Assembly: GCF_001194135.2 (NCBI RefSeq)
Contig: NC_068989.1
Location: forward strand, 52,031,357 to 52,095,356
Direction: 5' to 3'
Length of the DNA stretch: 64,000 bases
Source of the DNA: Octopus bimaculoides
Lineage: Eukaryota
The notes below the pieces were generated by a model, which was given only the letters and a program-made list of their open reading frames with translations, was not told the DNA's origin and ran no database searches. Shown piece by piece: positions 1-12,867 of the stretch (its first letter is position 1; every line of letters starts with the position of its first letter). Made by a program: the position numbers and the translations under genes.

Positions 1-139
1 TATATATATATATATATATTTATATGTTTCATTCGAAAGCCATTATATCTTTTAGTTTTTTATTGTTTGCTTTGTATTTTTGTCAACAACTTCCTGTTTG
101 TATATTCAGTGATAAATTTACCAGCATATTCTGTTTTCA

Positions 140-300
140 TTCCGTCTGTTACGACCACTGGAGTTCCAGTTGATACTAAGAATGGAACATACTCGTGAAG
201 TTAACGTAAACGTGGTTGAGCACTCCACAGATAGGCGTAAACTAACATTGTTAACTTAACTCAGTAGCGTCGGTGGACAGCATCTGCCATCAGTAGCTGA
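140..300 (-). mobile_element. 3' half of tRNA-derived SINE (family a)
   Basis: Reverse complement (ctgtggagtgctcaaccacgtttacgttaacttcacgag...atcaactggaactcc) matches the 3' half of the full copy at 41977-42299. Confidence 0.75.
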
Positions 301-305
301 CACAA

Positions 306-354
<49 letters not shown>

Positions 355-360
<6 letters not shown>

Positions 361-436
361 CTTTATTTTGGGGGTTAACTTCAGGATATGAACTTTATTC
401 AGGATATGAACTTTATTTTGGGGGTTAACTTCAGGA
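355..436. repeat. Local tandem duplication (32 bp + 18 bp internally deleted copy + 32 bp)
   Basis: tatgaactttattttgggggttaacttcagga at 355-386 and 405-436; tatgaactttattcagga at 387-404. Confidence 0.9.
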
Positions 437-1685
437 TAAGGAACAATATCTTCGACATAGGAATGAAGAGATAGTTTCCACATTTTTGAGCCTACATAAT
501 ATTTGGAGTCATTTCTGCTTCTTTTAAAGTTTACTATCTATATTATTGTTAGTTACACTCTGAAGATACTCCATTTAAACTTACTCGACAAGTTTCTATG
601 TTCCTTACTTTTATCAAATACACAGCGTGCGCGCACACATAAAGTAATAATTCTCCTTCAAATTGTAGGAAAGGTAAATGATTCATTGCTCACACAACGT
701 ATCGACATTTACCGATCATTCTTTCGAATAGAATATAATTATGTATTATTATTTAAGTATATTTCAAATCGGTATAAATAAAGTATTTCATATTAAGCTT
801 ATAATTATGTAAACCTTCAAATTAACAGTGATACGAATTTGTTATTTATTTTGTAATATAATATATATGTTATGTGTTGGAAAATGAAGATTTTTTTGTT
901 GTATTATCTAACATGTCTTGTATCTAATTATAATACGTGGATGGATTATATAGAATTATTCCTTGGATAGATTAACTTTATTTGTTAAGACAAGCCACAC
1001 ATTGAGTGGAAGCAATTCTGCAGAAATTTCAAAATTGGAATGACGCCGCGTTTTCAAGAATATTTATCTTGCAAGTACCTCCTCAGTGATATTAAATGAT
1101 TTTACTTAATTACCGTAGTTTCAATATCCATGTGAATTATTAGGTACGAAGCAACAATTTAATTTCGTCAACTAGCTAAATTCTGTAGTTAAACAAATGA
1201 GGAAACTTTATATCTAATATAAATTTTATCTTTCCGAAAAGAGAAATTAAACAGTTAAATCAATATTTAACGTTTTCTTTGGAAATGAACTATTTGATAT
1301 AATATTGCGACAAAAAATATTATTATTTGGAAAATTTGATTATTTTCCAGCTATCAGATTTAATTTGTATGAATTTTACTTTTCGCTGTTTAAAATAAAC
1401 TTCGCCAACTATGATTTAAAACCAAGTTGATCGAAATTAATGTTTTTATAAGAGAAGTGAGGACATCTCTGTCGAATGAAAAATTCAATATTCTATTCAA
1501 TTTTTTTCTTTAAATATTCATCATTTTGTGTTGTATCAAATTTCAGGATTTTAATTTAGTTTGTTGATTATGTTAGAAGGTACAGTCATGTATGCAACAC
1601 CCGTTTCTTTCTCCTAGTTATATCGAATATGTCAATATGTCAATGTGAGAAATGTAATACTTAAATATCCTGTTTATGGGAACAG

Positions 1686-1837
1686 GAAACGAAGAAAAAG
1701 ATGACTCCACGATAGAAATGATTTTACATCTCCATTACGTAGATACAATCATATCACCAATTATTGAAGAATGCATAAACAGAACGAAGTTACATGCAAC
1801 ATCGATATCGGCTCGCAACTATAGAGATAACTCAGAA
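1686..1837 (+). CDS. Candidate coding exon of unidentified spliced gene (phase 1->0)
   Basis: cag|GA...GAA|gttagt; open frame NEEKDDSTIEMILHLHYVDTIISPIIEECINRTKLHATSISARNYRDNSE; acceptor tract weak; no recognised homology. Confidence 0.3.
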
Positions 1838-2146
1838 GTTAGTATAGAAATTTCAATTGAGAATATAATTTATTTTTTATACCTTTTTTTGAGCTGAAAA
1901 ATACCAATTACTGCTATCATATACACTTTCTCACAAATACAGTTTACTGAACGTTGTGTACGTAGCACTCTCTTTGCGTTAATTTCTGTGATGCAATGGT
2001 AAAATAAAATATCTGAAGATATAAACTTCTGACCTTTTCATTGTACTCGTTTAGTCATTCAATGGTGTGTAGCTTTGATGGTGACTGAGATCGTTACATT
2101 CTCTACTTATTTCCGTCTGGTATTTAATATTTGTCTCCATATCAAG

Positions 2147-2207
2147 TTGTTGGGATACAGTATTGACAAAGAAACGCGTCTCTTATATAGGATTTACTGG
2201 TGTATAG
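2147..2207 (+). CDS. Candidate coding exon (phase 0->1)
   Basis: aag|TTG...ATAG|gtaaaa; LLGYSIDKETRLLYRIYWCI; phase-compatible with both neighbouring candidate exons. Confidence 0.35.
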
Positions 2208-2748
2208 GTAAAACAGACTTATGTCATATATGTAATACCATGCATATTTTATGTGTGAGCACATATGCGTGAATGATTTTTCTACCTGTATGTAGGTCTG
2301 TACGTGTGAAAGTGCATGTGAGTATGGATCATGTGTTTGTGACTGTATACAGACAACTTTCAGTAAGGGACTACATGTTTCCAGAATATTTTGCCGTTTC
2401 AATGATCTGATAAATAAAACCAATAAACGTTGAACGTGATCTAACGATATAGTGGGAAAAAAACTATCTGAATTGGGTAAGAGTTCTTCGTAGTTGAGCT
2501 TCGAATCACCCTTTGATGTACACGTACAGTGGCTTTAGTTCATCACGAGGTTTAAAAACTACCAACGATTTCAAGTGTACCTTTACTAAGATTCGTCGCA
2601 GCTTCCTATTTGCTGCAGCTTCCGATTGCTCTCTCACCTGATCCATAGTCCTTGTAGAAAGTATTGAACATGTGGTTATATATGGGTGGGGTGTATATGT
2701 AATTGTATGCATAGGTAGATCAATAGATATGTGTGTGTGTGTGTGTGT

Positions 2749-2798
<50 letters not shown>

Positions 2799-2879
2799 GG
2801 AACAGATGCCATTCGGTCATGAATTACAATAAGATTGCACCTAAAATTTTACCCTCCGAGGTACATGTTCAGGCAAGCT

Positions 2880-3103
2880 TGTTTATGGAAGACCAGCAGT
2901 CGCACATGTATGCAAGCCTGTCCTCTCCACACCACCAATGTTATCGAAAGGAAAGACAGACGCGGATACATCTTGGCACCAGTGATGACGCAATACATTT
3001 CTACAACTGAGTGATCTGGGGCAACATAAAATAAAGGATCTTAATCAAGAACACAAAACACAGCTCAGTCCAAAGTTCTAAGCACTGAACCATGCACCTT
3101 CAC
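2880..3103 (-). mobile_element. tRNA-derived SINE with family-a head and core, decayed
   Basis: Minus strand reads gtgaaggtgcatggttcagtgcttagaac...gtgttcttgattaagatcctttattttatgttgccccagatcactcagttgtagaaatg, like the head/core of the 41977 copy. Confidence 0.75.
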
Positions 3104-3106
3104 ATG

Positions 3107-3150
<44 letters not shown>

Positions 3151-3153
<3 letters not shown>

Positions 3154-3520
3154 TAAAACGAGTAGCCACAACCAAGTGGCAGCTAAATGTTACTACTAGC
3201 CTGACCCCAGGCAGATTCTCCGCCGACTGGTTTTCTGCACCCTTTATGTACAATACATCGCTAGCTGGCAAAATAGTGGAACCGGCCAGATTCGAGCTAT
3301 TTGGCACCCGTCAGGCGCATGTGCCTGCACAGTGGAGTATAGCTAAAATCCGCTTCTGTCAGCTGTTGGGAGGTAGCAGAGGTTGCTCCCCCCTGCTAGC
3401 GATTTATTGAACATAAATGGTGTAGAGCTTGTACGGAAAATCTGCTGGTGGTGAATCCGCCTGGGATTAAACTAGTAGTGACATTCATATGCCACTTTTA
3501 TGTAGCTACTCGCTTTACTG
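3151..3520. mobile_element. MITE / non-autonomous DNA transposon with long imperfect terminal inverted arms
   Basis: Left arm 3151-3265 aligns colinearly with the reverse complement of 3395-3520 (e.g. cgagtagccacaaccaagtggcagctaaatgttactactagc vs cgagtagctacataaaagtggcatatgaatgtcactactagt). Confidence 0.8.
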
Positions 3521-3554
3521 TTTAGCATAGGTTACTACTCTATCTCTTCTTCAG

Positions 3555-3729
3555 ATTTTAAAACCTGGTATTTCGGTTGTTGCAAGTCAGTGACCGACGG
3601 TTACTTTGTTTACAATATATCGCTGACAAAAGCGGATCTTACACGTTCCGCGCAAAAAATTTCAGTGTTTGTACCTACAGTAGAATGGATTATAGTTGAC
3701 TATCAAGCCTCTTTACTGGCCTTGAATAC
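3555..3729 (+). CDS. Candidate coding exon (phase 1->2)
   Basis: Strong acceptor ctctatctcttcttcag| and donor |gtacgt; 57 open codons FKTWYFGCCKSVTDGYFVYNISLTKADLTRSAQKISVFVPTVEWIIVDYQASLLALN. Confidence 0.45.
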
Positions 3730-4248
3730 GTACGTAAACAGACATATTTATCTGCATGTGTACGTCTGTGTGCGTGTGCGTGCGAGCGTATCTGTGTATG
3801 CATATCTATATCTCTATATAAATATAGACACTCACACACACAAAAATACATACAACTATAGATATATGTGTATTCGTGTATGTATGTATGTATTCGTTTA
3901 TATATATATATACAGACACAAACACTCATATAATTACATATATGGCAAGATTCTGCACATTCCTTTGTCTTCGAAATTCTATTGAAAGTGCATAGCGTTG
4001 GGTAATTACTCAACGTGTGGTGTCTTATTGCTTCTATTGAATTGCTGAAGATATATTATTTTTAAACGATTATTCAGGAAATAACTTTAGTTCTCACTTA
4101 ATTTAGACAAATCTGACATGTAACGTCTGGAGTTCTGCTGATCGTCAACGTTCGAATTCGTTGTTTTACGGAGAGTATTTTGCAATATAATTAATATAAA
4201 CAAATGCAAAACTAGCAATGAACTGATAAAACTTCTCATGGTTTTTAG

Positions 4249-4363
4249 GATACAGATTTATAATAATGGGATGTTTATTATATTTTCTGTCGTCTTTTGG
4301 GCCTATTTTATTCGCAAACATATTTGGTCAATGGCAGATAAATTGTATTACAATCTTATGTAG
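4249..4363 (+). CDS. Candidate terminal coding exon with hydrophobic (TM-like) stretch
   Basis: tttttag|G; IQIYNNGMFIIFSVVFWAYFIRKHIWSMADKLYYNLM*; phase matches the 3555-3729 exon. Confidence 0.35.
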
Positions 4364-5576
4364 GCTGTACATTATTATTGCGTTACGTTACGTCAAAACT
4401 TGAAAAATAACATATGAGCGAAACACATTTATTATAAAACTTATAAAACTGGGATACTATTTTCAGTTGCATTAAATTCACAACTAATATCGTTGGGGCG
4501 TATGTAAATATCCATACCACCACTCATATTTTTAAAAGACGTACTCATTCACAAACAATAACTATATTACGAGGCATTCATATTTGCATCGATTTTACCG
4601 GCCGTGGTTATCTCGATGAGTATTATTAAGTTCAAATTAGTATAAGCTTTCAAACATTGCCTGGTTTGGTTATGGCTTCCTTTCTTCTTGATTTGGAATT
4701 AAGTCAAAATAAAATAAGAAAATGTAATTTGAAATAGAAAGAATAACTATGCAATATTGATCAGTATCGAAAATATTAATTTCTGTCCACTTATTGTGTA
4801 TTTAAAAGCTGTCTGGACACACTCACTGACAAATACAAGCGAGGGTATATATATATATATATATATATAAATATTAATATTGAAATACGTATATGGGTGT
4901 TTGTGTTGTATGAATCCATATACATGTATACGCATATGCATATGTATATATATATATATATATNNNNNNNNNNNNNNNNNNNNNNNNNNNNNNNNNNNNN
5001 NNNNNNNNNNNNNNNNNNNNNNNNNNNNNNNNNNNNNNNNNNNNNNNNNNNNNNNNNNNNNNNNNNNNNNNNNNNNNNNNNNNNNNNNNNNNNNNNNNNN
5101 NNNNNNNNNNNNNNNNNNNNNNNNNNNNNNNNNNNNNNNNNNNNNNNNNNNNNNNNNNNNNNNNNNNNNNNNNNNNNNNNNNNNNNNNNNNNNNNNNNNN
5201 NNNNNNNNNNNNNNNNNNNNTATATATATATATTTATGTATGTATGTATGTATGTATGTATGTATGTATTTGTGTGTATGTGTGTATGCGTGCGTGTGTG
5301 TGTATGTGAGAGAGATAGAGAGAGAGGGATAACAGAGTGAGTGATAAGTACGTGAGAAAGGATTATTTCCTGTAAGTTCAAGAGATATAAGCATAATTCT
5401 GGATTTTAATTTTGTTCTTTTCTATATATGCGCTTAAAGGCTGGAATTATATATACAGCATCAGATACGGATTATGAAGTCATAGGTAATTAAAAAATAA
5501 GAAGGAACAAAATATAATTCGAAAATGAATTATAAGTAACAAATGAAGTTAATCGCAACGACAATCTGGCTGTTTC

Positions 5577-5630
5577 ATGTTACTGCTAGTTTAACCCCAG
5601 GCAGATCTTCCACCTGCTGGTTATCGTTGC
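5577..5630 (+). mobile_element. Solo fragment of the MITE arm seen at 3151-3265
   Basis: atgttactgctagtttaaccccaggcagatcttccacctgctggtt resembles atgttactactagcctgaccccaggcagattctccgccgactggtt. Confidence 0.7.
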
Positions 5631-6659
5631 ACCAATAACCAATATTAACATAGAACACCCACATTGATGTGGCGATTAACTTTACTTGTTATTTTTAATC
5701 CCATGTCTTATTGAGATTTTCCAACTAGCTCTTTTGCTTGAAATAATAAGTAATGTATTCGGTAACTATAAATATTTTCCACATATTTTCATATCATATA
5801 TGGCAGAAATAATATACTTGTTTCACCATGAAAGCAACATATATTACACTGTTCCATAAAACGCATACTTACTCTCAGTATGCTGCAGCGCATTCGGACG
5901 TGAATACACTAATACTGTTGGTAACAGCTACTCCTGTTACAAAGACGTGTATACATAACACATTCGATTCATTAGAGTAAGGGAGCATTGGGACCCCTAA
6001 CATTTCGACATCGTTGTCTCGTCAGCCAAATAGACTTTGGATAAAACAACCTGACAAGAGATTGTAGCTGGTATATATAATTTCAACAAAGAAATTATTG
6101 ATTGATACATGCAAATATATTTGCTAATCGAATATACATCGTCTTGTCATAGGTGAACAGCGACATTCAAAATGACCACTTACATATTTATTCTTAATAC
6201 GCTTCGGCAGATTTGAACATGTAGGCATAGACTCTTCAGGATCAACAGTACAATGTGATATGCACGTGCTTTTATATGTAAGGTGTTGTTTTACGGTAAC
6301 AAAACACCGCTTTGATCAGCATAATCACGTTCGAATCTGCCGGATCATACTAAGAGCAAATATTTTGAATCTCGTTTTTCAATGTGCATATAACGATTTA
6401 TTAATTCTTATGTTAGTCAAATTTGTGTCAGTTACTCGTCAGTCTTTTTACACACACACTTGCACACATACACACACATATATACACACTTACACACACA
6501 CGCACACACATATATATACTTAAATACAGACACACATATGTACTTACATAGATATACGCATACATGTTTACATATATATATATATTGTGAGTGTGTGTGT
6601 GTGTGTACGCACGCGCGGTTATGTACGCGCGTGCACATATATTCACTTCTCAATATATT

Positions 6660-6817
6660 ACATCGAACCCAGTGTCCAACTGGTAATTATTTTATCGAAC
6701 CCGAAAAGATGAATAACAAAGCCGACCTTGACGGAATTTCAACTCAAAACGTAAAGACGGACGAAATGCCGCTAAGTATTTTGCCTGGTGCGCTAACGAT
6801 TCTGCCAGCCCGCCGCC
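6660..6817 (-). mobile_element. tRNA-derived SINE (family b), 5' portion
   Basis: Minus strand ctggcagaatcgttagcgcaccaggcaaaatacttagcggcatttcgtcc... matches the copy at 47291-47506. Confidence 0.85.
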
Positions 6818-8306
6818 TTTATGGGTCGATAATTTATGCCTTTAATATTATCAGTCCCTGAATTTTTACATCTTTTTATGAGATACACTTATTATATTCC
6901 CTAACCATTTATAATCATGTGAAAATGCTGTCCTCGTTGGTAATCAGGAATTTGCATTGTTAGCCTTAGCACTAGTATCAAGAAGCTTTTGTATGGGATG
7001 AATTGTCAATCACGGAACCGCTGGTCCTTAAGGAATCTTAATCTTATGCCGTCATGGGGTTTTAATCTTATGTCCTTAAGGCGTTTGATCTTAATCTCAT
7101 GTACATCGAGCGTGGTTTGAAATTTTGTTACCATTTTGCTGGAGATTTTCAAGACCAGTTGTATATTTTAATAATCGGTAATACACAAGTTAGAAGAGAG
7201 ATGAAAATTTCTGCTTTCATTCGGCACATTAGTGCAAAAGGAACAAATAAATAGGCAGGGTTTACAAACCTCACGCACTGGTTTGATATTTCCAAACAAT
7301 TAAGATTGTGTTTCACTGCCGTATTCAAACATAAAACATGTACGGATTGTACCACAATCTTTTGATACTCATTTTGTTTCCTTGTTTCTCTGATGCAAAC
7401 GTATAATTAATCACGCGATTTCCCATGGTTGACATTACAAATGGTGTAATCTAGATTGATGTAATATTTTCTTTACAATAAATGTTTTAGGTCTTCTTGT
7501 GCATATTTGTGTTAATCTTATTTTCAAACCGATATCCTCTATCTAATTGGTCACGTCTTTAATACCACTTAGAGATTTGAAGCTCTCATTTTGGCGGAAA
7601 ACACTGCTTGCCAAGAGGAGGAATTACACATATCAAATAATACAGAAAATATTACTTAAGCAGAAGAACATTTTATATCTTCTTCAACATCTGCCTCTCA
7701 GTTATACATACCTTGCTCCTTCTCCGGTTTTAATATGATTACTAATTTAACATATAGAGGAGCAAGATAATACTCAGCTGCATGAGTTACTGCAGAAATC
7801 AAATGCCTTCCCACCCTACTATAAATATTTCATTGCACTGACAATGGAAAAAAATCACATTGACCTCATGGTATTAAACTGTTCCAGGTGTTCCTGATCT
7901 TCAACAAACTAGCACACCGAAAGCTCCACTACCTAATTAAGATCCACAGAAATCTGATATCTGGTGCATGTGTATTTAGTAAGGGAAGTTCCTTGACAGA
8001 CAGTGACACTCACACACTCGAAGTCAAAACTCACTAGCGGGCAACAGATCAGCACGAATAGATATATAAGAGGTGGCCTATCAAAGCGTCTCACTGAGTC
8101 ATGAGATATGCATGTCACATCGAGTTTGCTTGATAATGCCTTTTCTGCTTGTGAGCTCTGTAGATTTAGGCTTAGATTTTCACCACACTTTCTATAATAG
8201 ATCTATATTTCAAATGCGTTAAATTCTTTCACTGAGTCTAACACTAGTCAAAAATAATATATTCAGTTAAAATATTAGGCTTCCCTCTTCTGATATTGTT
8301 GCACAG

Positions 8307-8397
8307 TATTTGTCGAATTGCCACATGCAGATACCACAAAATATATGGTTGTAGAGGTTATTGCTGTATTTGGCGTCAAAATATGGAATTTCTGCAG
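8307..8397 (+). CDS. Isolated candidate exon (phase 1->2)
   Basis: ttccctcttctgatattgttgcacag| ... CAG|gtaata; FVELPHADTTKYMVVEVIAVFGVKIWNFC; not linked with certainty to other exons. Confidence 0.25.
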
Positions 8398-8758
8398 GTA
8401 ATAGTTTATTTTAACAAAAAAAAAAATGCTTTCTTCAGTAATTGTATGGCAGAATTTCATTAAATAATTGAATTTAAATAATTATAAATATTTCTTAAAC
8501 ACTAGAGAAATGAAATGATACGGAGAGATCTTGGAAAATGAGTCTGAACTAAAATTTTTTCGATTGAAATTAAGTACTAATATTCATTTCCTAGACGACG
8601 CCCTCACTATTTAGCAATCAGCCATGATGGTTTGTTTAAAGAAATTTATATTTAATTACAGTTAATGAAATCTATGCTACTGAGTGCAATTAATTAATGA
8701 TGAATACTAACGTTATTATTCTGAAGTTTATTATTTAGTACATTCTCCCTCACCCTTT

Positions 8759-8805
<47 letters not shown>

Positions 8806-9163
8806 ACATACATAAATACATACATACACACACACACACGCATATATATTTATTTATATATGTATATACATATGTGTATATATGTACGTATGTATACATA
8901 TATNNNNNNNNNNNNNNNNNNNNNNNNNNNNNNNNNNNNNNNNNNNNNNNNNNNNNNNNNNNNNNNNNNNNNNNNNNNNNNNNNNNNNNNNNNNNNNNNN
9001 NNNNNNNNNNNNNNNNNNNNNNNNNNNNNNNNNNNNNNNNNNNNNNNNNNNNNNNNNNNNNNNNNNNNNNNNNNNNNNNNNNNNNNNNNNNNNNNNNNNN
9101 NNNNNNNNNNNNNNNNNNNNNNNNNNNNNNNNNNNNNNNNNNNNNNNNNNNNNNNNNNNNNNN

Positions 9164-9195
<32 letters not shown>

Positions 9196-10103
9196 ACACC
9201 TATAAATGTATACGCAAGCGTGCTCCCCACACACAAACACTCACACGCTCATTCACTCATACACACATGGACGCGAACACACACAGTCACACAAATATAT
9301 TCACCATTTTTATACCTGCTTATCTTTAAATATGAACTGGCAGAAAATTTCAAAATCGTTTTAATTATTCTTCTAATGCTTTAAGTAATCTATTCAGAAT
9401 CTTTATTCCAATTGTTTATTTGAAAATATATTTCATGATGGTATTTATTTGAGTCTCTAACTATCTACTACAATTTATATATGTATATTTTCTTATTAAC
9501 TAACTACGTCCTTTTGTTCTAGTTTGGGAAGCAAGCCTATTTCAAATTCAGAATGAAATAGGAAGAAAGCTACTTGAATCATGTCTTTGTTTATTATTCA
9601 AGCAGAATGAATGAATGAATAACACTCAAAATGTAAAAGGATACATTAGAAGGAAATATTTGAGTAGATATAATTCATTACAAACATTATTGTATTAGGA
9701 TAATGAATTGAGCATAGTTCCTTAAAATCTTCTTTATTTATGAAAGCTGTTTCATTTAGAATTAAAGCAAATTGAAATTCAGCTTCGCATTTAAAGTCTT
9801 TTGTTTTTCGCACAGAATTTTAAGCTATTTTAACTTGCACATGTAGATCAATCAATTTGCATTATATCCGTTATTTCTTTGTTTGGCAAAATAGCACACG
9901 CCTACATATTGAGTCACATGTGTTAGAAAATATTTACACATGCATAGACACACAGAATACACATGCACACACACTCATATGCGTTGTCTATAAATTAAAG
10001 AACATATATATAAGTATGAAAATGAATACACGCACAGGCACACAAGCTCACACAAATACACACAAACACACACATATGCACGCATGTACACACACACTAA
10101 TAT

Positions 10104-10148
<45 letters not shown>

Positions 10149-10151
<3 letters not shown>

Positions 10152-10600
10152 GCTGTAGGGTAAATAAATTGTCGTCTAAACTATGCAACAATGAAAATAA
10201 CACTGACATCTCATTTTAACAGATATATTTACCAAACTACATAAAAATATCTTGAAATATTAAAGCGTAAATTTGTTCAATAAAATCACCATTCGCTTCA
10301 GTCACAGCCTCCAGACGACTTTGGAATCACCTGAAACTCTTCTGGACGGCCTCCTTTTTACGTTGGTGAATGGTGCCATAATCGTTGCTTTCAGTTCATC
10401 TTTGGTGTTACAGGGAGTTTTCCTAGTCTCTCGCCCCACCACAGGCCACACATAATAATCAAGGGAGTCTATCTGCGCAAATTATCTGTTTTCTTAAGAT
10501 GAGAAATTGTTATAGTTGACGACGACCAGATCTTCGATCACTAAAAGTAGATCCGTTTGCTGCTTCTTAAACAATTGTCACTAAACTTGTGTTAGCATTC
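10149..10600 (-). mobile_element. Internally deleted Tc1/mariner (maT/DD37D-like) element, transposase C-terminus
   Basis: Minus strand 10465->10275 encodes PLDYYVWPVVGRETRKTPCNTKDELKATIMA, then after a frameshift KEAVQKSFR*FQSRLEAVTEANGDFIE; putative terminus next to TA at 10147-10148; other terminus not identified. Confidence 0.8.
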
Positions 10601-10699
10601 CAAAACTAAGGTGAAACCGACTCTGGCAACTATAATTTTTTCGGCGAAGGCAAAGCTCGCGGGATATTGTGTCTACAAACCATCGAACTATACTAGTAA

Positions 10700-11280
10700 A
10701 ATAACAGTAAACAAAATCCGTACGTTACCAATATTGTGTCACAGTTAACTCTATAAAAGTGGATACAATTGAAGGTCTACACCTGGCAAACTTCTCCTGT
10801 ACCCCCATTTACTTTGATAAACGGAAAATATTGTGTTTATACTATCAGAAATGGTTAGTGTCTCAAAGTAACAATATTATCTTCTTTTGTGAATCAGCAT
10901 TCACCTTCTCGCACACTTCGGCGCATGTTTATGTTTAAAGACAACGCAAAGAATCCTTCAGCTATGAAGGTTTACGCCGTACCAAGAAGAATGGTGATGG
11001 CTCTGTGATAATTCGGGCAGTTGTATCACAGAATTCTCTTAACACTTCGGATATTTTATCTGACAGACTTAACGACAATAACTATCTGAGATATCTGAAT
11101 AACAATATCTATCATACGGTAATTTTTTTCCGGTAAACACACAATTTTTCAGGAAGAAAATGGTTATTGTCATCAAAATTGGTCAGGACACAAAAGGGAA
11201 GTAGACTACTGGTTTGGCTTCCACATTCGTATCACAGTATAATGGAAAATTTATAGTGAATTTTGGAACATCAATTTGGA
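10700..11280 (+). mobile_element. Highly decayed Tc1 (DD34E) transposase remnant
   Basis: Motif traces in order: NIIFFCESAF (IFSDES), TKKNGDGSVII (KHGGGSVM), IFQEENGYCH (FQQDNAPCH), SIMENL* (NPIENLW). Confidence 0.6.
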
Positions 11281-11487
11281 ATATTTTTCCCTCTGTTAGT
11301 CTTGCTGAAAGATCTAAAGCAGTTTTACTTGCAGCATGCGTCAAACCACCGCTAACAACGATTCAACACATGTAGCTGTCAATTTTTTTTTATTAATGCC
11401 AAATATTTGTGCCAACGCTTATATTAAATGAGAAAACTTCCATTTAAAATGATGTTTCTATTATTTTGTCAAACAATTGTATATGAA

Positions 11488-11521
<34 letters not shown>

Positions 11522-12867
11522 TGTGTGAGTGTGTGTGTGTGTATGTGTGTGTGTGTGTGTGTGTGTGCATACATTGAGAGAGTTAGAATTACTTATTTAA
11601 AAATATGTATTTTGTAAACTTTCCCAAAATCCAAACCTTTTGAAGTCTTTACCTTGTGATATTGTTCTTGCACTTTGCAGGTATTATTTTGCCGACCCTG
11701 TTACGATAATAATGAATTCTAGCAGCAGACAATTAATGTGAGGAACAAATATTGTGATTTTTTTCACGATGTAAAGATTCTACCAACACAAGTACGTTTG
11801 TGCAGATAGATATCAATAATACATACACACACATTCACACTAATATATATATATGTATATCTCTATTTGTCATGTGTCGCCTGTGTGCGTACGTTTCTGT
11901 GTATGTGAGTTTGTGGGTGTGTGCGTGCGTGTTTATGTGTATGAGCGCGCGAATGCGTTAGTGTGAGGATATGTGCATGGATGTGTTTGCGTGTTTGTGA
12001 ATGAGTAACTATACCAAAATTATACGCTGGGCTATTGTGTATTTTACTTGAACACACACTCACGCATATTCATGGAACATTTACATACACATTCGTAAAC
12101 AAGCATTCATTTGGACGTTTCCTTTTGGCTGAAGGGCTTTCATTTTACACGGATATAGATTATCACAACAGAAGAGCCATTGTCACTGGAACTAAAGGAA
12201 AATAATTTCCTGTGGTTGGCATTTGAAAACTGACTGGACAAACAACTTCCGACATTTTATGTATCGTTAAAGATTTTCTCCGTTAATGATGAGCGGAATG
12301 TGATGCACAATACTTTTGCGTTGTATGTATATCTCTAGGTGATACATAATTTCATAACTGCTAAGATACTAGTACTATTGTGTTGGTCAGGAAAACACAC
12401 AGTAGTAATGTCTGAATGCAATTTCGATTTACAACTCAGCAGTGATCCACCACTCACATTTTATTTGTTACGAATTATTGCCTTCCTCAATAGGTTATTA
12501 TCTAAATGATAATATTCGTTGTAATGCTATACACGAAGCAACACGCCCAATGTTTGCAAATAGACAACCTTCGGCTAACCGTGTTAAAATAGGTGTCGTG
12601 TTAGATCCACGACATGCTCTAAATTAACTTGGACGCGGCACACCTCTTGAAGAGGAGGCCTTCAATACAGATATGTTAATAGTCAGTGTCGGTGTGTTCG
12701 TTACCCACTTGTAACTGTCGTTCTTTAAGAAATGCGCTGAGACTAAAGTAATGATTCTTCATTTGTTTTTCAAACAAAACTTTTTTATTTCCCTTCATCT
12801 TTCGACTTTCAAAGTAATGTGATTCTATTCATATATTACTATAAAGCAAATAATTATATAAAATTAC

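Noticed and set aside
5871-6050. Minus-strand splice-bounded segment
   Set aside because: All frames closed; no homology recognised
7712-7820. Minus-strand open frame RVGRHLISAVTHAAEYYLAPLYVKLVIILKPEKEQ ending at AG|gtatgt
   Set aside because: Good donor but poor acceptor, no partner exon and no recognisable family
12067-12191. Minus-strand segment with excellent acceptor and donor just downstream of the LRR pseudo-exon
   Set aside because: All three frames contain stops and show no LRR pattern; could be non-coding or chance
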